A DNA stretch of 32,000 nt from Mycoplasma mycoides subsp. capri (GTDB lineage Bacteria; Bacillota_I; Bacilli_A; Mycoplasmatales; Mycoplasmataceae). This document shows, piece after piece, positions 21,236 to 32,000 of the stretch. Under the pieces are notes generated by a model. It searched no databases. It was not told where the DNA came from and saw only the letters and a list, made by a program, of their open reading frames with translations. The position numbers were made by a program, and so were the translations under genes. How positions within the stretch are numbered: position 1 is the stretch's first letter; each line of letters begins with the position of its first letter. Location of the stretch: positions 810,001 to 842,000 of the forward strand of contig NZ_CP065581.1 in the NCBI RefSeq assembly GCF_018389705.1, given 5' to 3'.

Positions 21236-23653
21236 TTAGTTTTTAAATGCTTTCATTTTTCTAAATCCATTAGCTGAAGTACCAACAACAATAAATGATG
21301 AAACAATAATAAATGAAGCAGCAATACCATAAGTATATCTATCAGGGTGAGTAGATAATTTGAACACAAATGAAATTAAAATATCTGTAATTCCTGGTTG
21401 ACCTGGATAAGGTTCACCTTTTGCATTTAAAGCTTGTGGGTTAGCACCAAATAGATAAATAATTCCAAAGTTACCAAAGTTAAAGACAAATTGTCCAACT
21501 AATAAAGGAGCTACTTGAGTAAGAATTAATGGTAAAGTAATTCTTGTTAATTGTTTTCATTTTGAAGCTCCATCAATTGTTGATGAGTCATATAAATCTT
21601 TAGATATACCTTGTAAAACTCCAGTAATTAATAAGAACATGTAAGAATGTCCTAATCAAGTTTGAAGTAGAATTAAAACAATACGGGCTTGTGTTTGTTG
21701 AGAAGTTCAACCACTTACTCCAATCCATTTATAAGTAAAATTATTAAATTCAATACTTGATAGTAAAATTGCAAATACCATTATCATAATAAATGCGGGA
21801 ACAGCTCAAGGTAAAATGTAAATTAATCTAAAAATACGTTTTCCTTTCAATCTTTCATTATTTACTAATAAAGCAAATAATGAACCAACAACAATAACTG
21901 ATATAGTAGTAGCAATAACTCAAGTAAATGTTCAACCTATAACATATAAAAATGATGGGAAGTATTCTCCTCCAAAAATAGATTTAAAGTTATCAAAACC
22001 AACTCATTTAATAATTTGTCCTGGTCTTCCTGGGTCGTTTCCTTTTCCATAGTTAGTAAAGGCAATTAAAATAGTTGAAATGATTGGAACTAGTACTATA
22101 AACATAATTCCTATAATCGCTGGAATTGATAAAATGTAAGGAATTCCATGTGATTTTAAGAATTTTCTAGTTTGACTAAAAGTACTTGCACGTGAACCTA
22201 TTCGCATTCTTTTTGCATTATTTTTTGAATCCATTCACGTTGAAAAGATACTAATACAAATCCAAAAGGCAATTATTAATGAAATTATTCCTTCAATTAA
22301 ATAAAAACGTCCATCACCATCGGGATTATCTGCTCCAAAATCAATTAGTCCTAATAACCCATTACCCCCAACATTACCAATACCAAAAGCATATGCTCCA
22401 AATATAACAAATAGTGGTAATGTTAAAAACATCACTATTGCTTTTTTATATTGACCATTAATTAGTGGACCTACTCCTGGAATTCAACCAAATATAATAC
22501 TTAATACTTGTTTTCAAACAGGATATTCAATTGGTAAGTTGTTTTTAATATTTTCTATTTCTGAAGTGTATTCTAATCTATTTTTATTTTTTTCAACTTT
22601 GTAATTATGTTTTAAGTTTTTTCAATTATCTTTAGCTTTTTTAACAGCATTATCTGATTTAATTTCTTTAATATTTTGTTTGTGTTCTAATTTAAGGTTT
22701 TTCTTTTCACTTTTTGTTGTAGCAAATTCTAATTGAGTTTTAAAATCTTCATTAGCTTGTATAATAACTTTTTTAGTTAATTCATCATGTTGTTTTTTAT
22801 TTTTTGAAATTTCAACATAATCTTGTTTAGCTTTGTTAATTTTATCTATAAAATCAGAATCTATTTGTTGTTTTTTAATTAAGAATTTTTCTTTAGCTTT
22901 AGCATTTAAACTAGCAACTTCTCAATCATAATTATATTCAATTCCTTGTTGATAGATTTCACTAGTTCTTTTAGCTTTTGTAATTGGATCTAAGTTTTTA
23001 ATTTCATTTAATTCTTGTTTAATTTTTTGACTAACAGCATTTTTTTCTTCTATAAAAGTAGCTGCGTTTTTATTGTGTGATTTGATATGAAATGTATAAT
23101 CGTTAGTACTAAATAATAAACGTAATTCTTGTACTTTTCTTTTTGCAATCTTATAAGTAATAGAAATAAATTTCTTTTTGTATTTATAAGTAAAATCATT
23201 TAAAAACTTTAGATAAGCTACATAATAACTATTAGCTTTTGTTTTTAAGTTTTTAATTTCTTGATTTCTTGCATCATAAATAATTTGGCTTAATTGTAAA
23301 CGTGCTTTGATTTTAAACATATCTTGAATATAGTCTTCATCTTTATTAACAAAACTTTGTTCAATAGATTTAATATCAAAAACAAATTTATTATCAGCTG
23401 TTTTATTTAAATACATTGCAAAATTTTCTTTTAATTTAGCATACATATTGTTATGTATATTGTTTTTAGCAAATTCTAAAAAAATTTTTGCAAGTTCTTT
23501 ATTTGAAAAAGTATAAGAACTATTAGCTGTATTTTTTTGTGTTTGATCTAATTCTTCAAATTCTTTTTCAAAATCAGAGTATTTAACTTTTTTTAATTCA
23601 TTAAAAACTTCTTCTTTAGTTTTTAAGCTTTTATAAAACTCTATATGATTCAT
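21236..23653 (-). CDS. MalF-like sugar ABC permease with an N-terminal extension of about 380 aa (805 aa in total)
   Basis: Starts at ATG 23653 (MNHIEFYKSLKTKEEVFNELKK...). The frame was checked for TAA/TAG from 21236 to 22921 and is covered by the track ORF above that. The EAA loop is LYDSSTIDGASKWKQLTRITLPLI. Track ORFs 22004-22234, 22235-22435 and 22922-23653 are fragments of it. The stop is TAA at 21236-21238. Confidence 0.85.
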
Positions 23654-23667
23654 ATTAACCTCACTTT

Positions 23668-24159
23668 CTAAAATCTATATTCTCTTTTTTTCATTTTTTG
23701 GTAACGCAAACTTCTTTTTAGCTCAGAAATATCTTTTATTATGAAATAAAAACTTATAATCACTAGTACAAATAAAACAATACTGATTATGCTTGGATAA
23801 GTTATTTTTTTAGTTAATATTAGTTCTCCAAAAGCAAAACCAAATCAAATAACAAGCCATAGACCAATATAAACATAACCAACTGTTATTCTATTCATAG
23901 CTAGTGTTGTATAAATTGCAAAAATAATTACAAGTACAACATTTAAAAGATATCTAATCATTCAAGTCTTTAAAAAATATGCATGTGGATTTTTTAAAGC
24001 TTCTTTAGATAAATTTTGCTGCTTTACAACAATTAATCTATAATCAATCAACATTGCAGTACTTAGCATTACTACAAATACTAAACAAATAGCTAAAATA
24101 AAATAAACGTTGTATTTTTTAATGTTTGTTTTGTGTCCAAAAGCTTGTTGAAAGTCCAT
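23668..24159 (-). CDS. Small hypothetical integral membrane protein (163 aa, about 4 TM helices)
   Basis: AGAGGT RBS and ATG 24159. The frame was checked, with TGA=Trp at 23962 and 23845. Hydrophobic segments include VYFILAICLVFVVMLSTAML, LLNVVLVIIFAIYTTLAM, VYIGLWLVIWFGFAFGELIL and IISIVLFVLVIISFYFII. The stop is TAG at 23668-23670, 15 nt before the malF-like ATG. Confidence 0.65.
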
Positions 24160-24175
24160 TTGTACCTCTTGTTTT

Positions 24176-24202
24176 AAAAACTACCAATTTTAAAATTGGT
24201 AG
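24176..24202 (-). terminator. Rho-independent terminator after solute-binding lipoprotein gene 1
   Basis: Perfect 22-bp palindrome CTACCAATTTTAAAATTGGTAG, followed on the minus strand by T5. Confidence 0.7.
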
Positions 24203-24240
24203 TGTTATTAATTAATTAAATTATATTAAACTAATTTTTA

Positions 24241-26037
24241 TTAGTGGAATATATATTTTGCTTTTTCAGATTTGTAAGTATTTCTAAAGATTTCAGAGAA
24301 TTTTTGTTTCATTCCTTCATTTTGTTTTTTATTAAATGTTGAACCAAACGCAGTTCCATAAACTCCTCAATAAATACCAAACATTTCATTATCAGCTCTT
24401 GGTGCTACATCAGCATCTTTTCCAGTTTTTTCATAACCTTTAACGATGCTTTCATAAGCTTCACCAATTATTTTTCTGTTTTCTTTTTCAGCATTGATTT
24501 CTTCAGTAGTTTTCTTTTTACCTTTATCGTTTAATTCTGGAATGTTAGTTCCATTTTTTAATTCCTTAACTAGATTATCAGCAACATCTTTATAAGCACT
24601 AATTTTTCCATCAACAAAGGCCATTTCAGTAGCATATTCTTTTTTAGAAATTTCTTTTATAAATTCAAGAGCTGCTGAAGTTTTATCCATTTCTTCACCT
24701 TTATTATTTTTTAATTTTAGATTTGAAATAGATGATTTAATACCTCAACCATATCCACCAGCAAATCCAGTTAATTTACTATCACCATTAAAAGTAATAT
24801 CTCCAATTGAAGCAAATCCAAATTTACTCTTATCTTTTGCAGCTTTTTTCATTGTTTCAAGTTTTGAACTTACTTCTCAAGGACCAACTAAAGTCATTGC
24901 TGTTGTTCCATCTCTTAAAGCATCATCTAAAATTTGACCAATTTGACCAGCTGCTCCACCATAAATTTCATTAATATGTCCACCTAATGATTGAACATAC
25001 TTAACAATTGTTTCAGTAGTCTTGTCAAAATCTTCTTTAAATTTGTCATTTTCTCAAATTGAATCAAAGTCTTCTTTGTTGGTTGTGTTTATTGGCTTAC
25101 CTTTTTTAACTCAAACCATTCCTAATGAAGATTTTTCGTCTTTTTCAGCTGAAATTTCTGATGATTTTCTATTTAAAATAGAGTTTAGGAACATACCCCC
25201 ATGGAATGAACCACCAGCATCCATATAAGCTAAAGGAGCACCTTTATTAACATCTTCTTTTTTAGCAAGATCTTTTTCATCTGCAAATTTATATTTATTG
25301 GTTTGTGCTTGATTTAATTTAATTAAATTTTCAATAGTTGCTTTTGGCTTATCTTTAAGCTTTCCATTGGCTGGATTTTTATCATCATATTTTTCTAAAG
25401 TTCCATTTTTATTTAATTTTTCTACTTCAGAACCTACTAAATATGAATATTCTTTATCTCCAACTTTTTCTTTTTCAATTCCTATTCTTTCTTTATTAAA
25501 GATTCAAACCATGTTTTCAATTGACATAGGAATCATTCCAAATTGACGTTTACCCTTGATATCAGCACCTATAGCTGTTTTTCAAGAGTTTTCATTTTTA
25601 GTTATTTTAATTCCATCAATTCCTGTTTTATCCTCAACAGCTTGTAATCCAAAGCGTTCACTAGCTTCTTTATCACTAGCTATGCTCTTTTTAATATGTT
25701 CTGTTAAGTCTTTTAAAGTATTTTGATTTAAATATTGAGGGAAACGATCTAAAGGAACAGCAAAAACATCTGAAACTCCTTTATCTCTAACTCCTCTTAA
25801 ATCAATTAATCCTTTTTCTGCAAAAATATCGATTTGTTTTAATTTAATTCTTCACTTATATCCTTGTTCTTCGAATTTTTTATTAACCTTATCAGCTGCC
25901 ATTTGATAAATTGGCATTCATTTATCATTTGCTTGAACAACTACATTTGTATTATCACGTGTTTTACATGCTAACACAGTTAAAGCAGACCCACCAACAA
26001 CAACTATGCTAGCTAGCATTGTTAATATTTTTTTCAT
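24241..26037 (-). CDS. Sugar ABC transporter substrate-binding lipoprotein, paralog 1 (598 aa)
   Basis: Starts at ATG 26037. The signal peptide and lipobox are MKKILTMLASIVVVGGSALTVLAC. All 599 codons were checked. Its position directly upstream of the malFGK-like genes fits a solute-binding role. Track ORF 24367-24690 is a fragment of it. Confidence 0.82.
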
Positions 26038-26177
26038 AATTTATCATCTCTTTTAATAAGTTAATTTATCTCTATTGCAATATAATGCATAAAATATCTT
26101 GATTTTGCATTATTCATTTTTATTTTAATATTTATGAGAAATTCATTCTTAAACACTTGTTAAACAAAACCCATATC

Positions 26178-26189
26178 TTGTCTATACAA
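26178..26189. promoter_or_regulatory. Candidate HutC/GntR operator upstream of lipoprotein gene 1
   Basis: TTGTCTATACAA has inverted arms TTGT/ACAA and a core GTcTAtAC that matches the HutC-subfamily GT-N-TA-N-AC consensus. It sits in a 20-bp block (26175-26194) that is identical at 28267-28286. Confidence 0.55.
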
Positions 26190-26271
26190 TAATTGATTTG
26201 GCCAAGTAAATAAGGGACTTTTTGAAATTTTCTTAGATAAAAAACAATGGATTTTAAAAGAAAAAAGAAAT

Positions 26272-26300
26272 AAAAAAATTCAAGTTTTTTTACTTGAATT
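26272..26300 (-). terminator. Rho-independent terminator after solute-binding lipoprotein gene 2
   Basis: Minus strand reads AATTCAAGT-A6-ACTTGAATT followed by T7, 32 nt after the double stop TAA TAA (26332, 26329). Confidence 0.75.
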
Positions 26301-26331
26301 TTTGCATAAATTTTGTTTTTAATTCTTTTTA

Positions 26332-28131
26332 TTAATGGAACTTATATTGTGATTTTTGTTTTTTATAGGTTGTTCTGAAAATATCAGCAAATTTGTCTTT
26401 CATATGTGGGTTTTGTTTTTTATTAAATGTTGAACCAAAAGCAGTTGTATAAGCTTCTCAATAAATACCAAATAACTCATTATCAGCTCTAGGTGCTACA
26501 TCAGCATCTTTTCCAGTTTTTTCATAACCATCAATAATACTTTGATAAGCTTCACCAATTATTTTTCTATTTTCTTTTTCAGCTTTAAGATCATCTTCTG
26601 TTTTTTTCTTACCTTTTTCATTAAGTGGTGGTATGTTGTTTCCTTGTTTTAATTCTTTAACTAAAAAATCAGCAATATCACTATATGCACTAATTTTTCC
26701 ATCGACAAAGGCCATTTCAGTAGCATATTCTTTTTTAGAAATTTCTTTTATAAACTCAATAGCTGCTGAAGTTTTATCCATTTCTTCACCTTTATTATTT
26801 TTTAGTTTTGTATTTGAAATAGATGATTTAATACCTCAACCATATCCACCAGCAAACCCAGTTAATTTATTTTTACCTTTATTAAAACTAATATCTCCAA
26901 TTGATGCAAACCCAAATTTATGTCCTTTATTTTTTGGTGCTTTTCTCATAGTTTCAAGTTTTGAACTAACTTCTCAAGGACCAACTAAAGTCATTGCTGT
27001 TGTTCCATCTCTTAAAGCATCATCTAAAATTTGACTAATTTGACCAGCAGCTCCCCCATAAATTTCAGTAATGTGTCCACCTAATGACTTAACATAATCA
27101 ACAATAGTTTGTGTTGTTTGATTAAAATCATCCTTAAACATATCATTTTCTCAAATTGAATCAAAATCATTAATGTTTGTTGAGTTTAAAGATTTATTTT
27201 TATTAACTCAGACCATTCCTAAAGATGAATTATCAGCTTTTAATTTACTAATATCATCAGCTCTTTTATTTAAAATAGAATTTAAAAACATTCCACCTTG
27301 AAATGAAGCACCAGCATCAACAAATGCTAAAGGAGCACCTTTATTAACGTTTTCTTTATCTTCAATTTCATTTAGATTTTCAAATTTATAATTATTAGTT
27401 TGAGCTTTATTTAAAATAATTAGATTTTCAATGCTTGCTTTTGGTTTTCCTGATAGTTTTTTACCAGAAGGTTCATTATCCATATATTTTTCTAGCTTAT
27501 CTTTAACTTTTTCAAGTTCTGAACCAACTAAATATGCATATAACTTATTATCATCACCTTTTTCTTTTTTAATTCCTAATCTATTTTCATCAAATAATCA
27601 AATCATATTTTCAATAGACATAGGAATCATTCCATATAAACGATTACCTTTTAAATCACTACCTAAAACTGTTTTTCAAGTATTAACATTTTTTTCTAAT
27701 TTAATAGCATCAACTCCAGATTTACTATTATCAATTTTTATTCCAAAACGATCTTCATCTTCTTTAGTTTTTATTAAATCTTTTTTAATATATTCAGTTA
27801 AGTCTTTTAAAGTATTTTGATTTATATATTGAGGATAACGATCTAGTGGAATTGCAAAAATATCTGAAATTCCTTTATCTCTAACTCCTCTTCCATCAAT
27901 TAATTTCTTTTCATCAAATAAACCAATTTCTTTTAATTTAACTCTTCACTTATATCCTTGTTCTTCAAATCTTTTATTTACCTTATTAGCAGCTTGTTGA
28001 TAAATTGGAACTCATTTATCATTTGCTTGAACAACTATATCAGTGTTGTTAGTTGTTTTACATGCTAACACTGTTAAAGCAGATCCACCAACAACTACTA
28101 AACTAGTTAACATTGTTAATATTTTTTTCAT
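26332..28131 (-). CDS. Sugar ABC transporter substrate-binding lipoprotein, paralog 2 (599 aa)
   Basis: Starts at ATG 28131. The signal peptide and lipobox are MKKILTMLTSLVVVGGSALTVLAC. All 600 codons were checked. It is colinear with paralog 1 along its whole length. Track ORFs 26458-26781 and 27208-27483 are fragments. Confidence 0.82.
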
Positions 28132-28269
28132 AATTTATCATCTCTTTTAAATTTTTTATTTATCTCATTTTTATATAATGCATATGATTTTTCATATAGT
28201 CACTATTCATTTTTATTTTATTATTTATGCTAATTTCTTTGTAAAAGCATATCTAACAAACTTGCTATC

Positions 28270-28281
28270 TTGTCTATACAA
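28270..28281. promoter_or_regulatory. Candidate HutC/GntR operator in the divergent region between lipoprotein gene 2 and GH13 gene 1
   Basis: Same TTGTCTATACAA palindrome as at 26178-26189. It lies 139 bp upstream of the lipoprotein ATG and 104 bp upstream of the GH13 ATG. Confidence 0.55.
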
Positions 28282-28336
28282 TAATTAGCATTAATTGATA
28301 AATAAACCTATACAATATATAAAAAAGAATTAATAT

Positions 28337-28368
28337 TAATTAGGTATATTAGTAATTAGGTATATTAG
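28337..28368 (+). repeat. Perfect tandem duplication of the 16-bp unit TAATTAGGTATATTAG
   Basis: 28337-28352 is identical to 28353-28368. Each unit contains a -10-like TATATT. The second unit lies 18 nt before ATG 28385, just upstream of SD AAGGAG. Confidence 0.85.
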
Positions 28369-28384
28369 TTTTTAAAAAGGAGAA

Positions 28385-30182
<1,798 letters not shown>

Positions 30183-30184
<2 letters not shown>

Positions 30185-30205
30185 GCATCTTAGATGCTTT
30201 TTTTT
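30183..30205 (+). terminator. Rho-independent terminator after GH13 paralog 1
   Basis: AAGCAT-CTTAG-ATGCTT followed by a T-run that extends to 30205. Confidence 0.8.
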
Positions 30206-30207
30206 AG

Positions 30208-30219
30208 TTGTATGCACAA
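30208..30219. promoter_or_regulatory. Variant HutC-like palindrome upstream of GH13 paralog 2
   Basis: TTGTATGCACAA has the same TTGT/ACAA arms. Its core GTaTGcAC has one mismatch to GT-N-TA-N-AC. It lies 84 bp upstream of ATG 30303. Confidence 0.35.
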
Positions 30220-30302
30220 TATTTTTTAATTACTAAATAATAATATTTATTATTATTTAAAACTTAATTTAGAATTTTTATGTAATTAATAAAAGGAGAG
30301 TT

Positions 30303-32000
<1,698 letters not shown>

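Noticed and set aside
26633-27820. Long plus-strand ORFs 26633-27034 and 27431-27820, and 25022-25228 in the paralog
   Set aside because: They are antisense to complete lipoprotein genes that were verified codon by codon. Their products are low-complexity S/F/L/I-rich strings, as expected from the reverse complement of K/E/N-rich codons. They have no RBS.
30235-30258. AT-only palindrome AAATAATAATA-TT-TATTATTATTT upstream of GH13 paralog 2, considered as a regulatory cruciform
   Set aside because: It consists purely of an A/T trinucleotide-like repeat in a genome where such low-complexity symmetry arises easily. It has no counterpart upstream of paralog 1.

Overview
This is very AT-rich Mollicutes-type DNA (Mycoplasma/Mesoplasma-like; the organism is an inference) in which TGA encodes Trp. 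Nearly every gene is split into several pieces in the standard-code ORF track. Each becomes one uninterrupted frame when TGA is read through, and I checked most of them codon by codon for TAA/TAG. The window has four parts. (1) 1-4518: the polyamine ABC importer potA (partial), potB, and a 1036-aa PotC-coiled-coil-TM-PotD fusion. (2) About 4550-8860: a block that looks accessory. It holds a GC-rich twin-hairpin element, an Abi_2 (AbiD/F-like) gene with a frameshift in a homopolymer, two half-size chromate-transporter genes (one frameshifted), three phased 36-bp dyad repeats, and an AAA_14/DUF4143 ATPase. (3) 8965-12812: housekeeping peptidases pepA (M17) and pepF (M3B), with an uncharacterised acidic protein between them. 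(4) 12841-32000: a large maltodextrin/alpha-glucan utilisation locus. On the minus strand it has two paralogous lipoprotein solute-binding proteins, a small membrane protein, MalF- and MalG-like permeases with roughly 380-aa and 560-aa N-terminal extensions, a MalK-like ATPase, a GH65 phosphorylase, a GH13 alpha-glucosidase and a GntR/HutC regulator. On the plus strand it has two paralogous neopullulanase-like GH13 enzymes. HutC-consensus palindromes (TTGTCTATACAA) sit in the duplicated promoter regions. No rRNA or tRNA genes, IS elements or convincing CRISPR-Cas were seen. The most unusual items are the 36-bp repeat array next to the ATPase, the GC-rich structured element next to the Abi gene, and the giant extensions and fusions on the ABC permeases.
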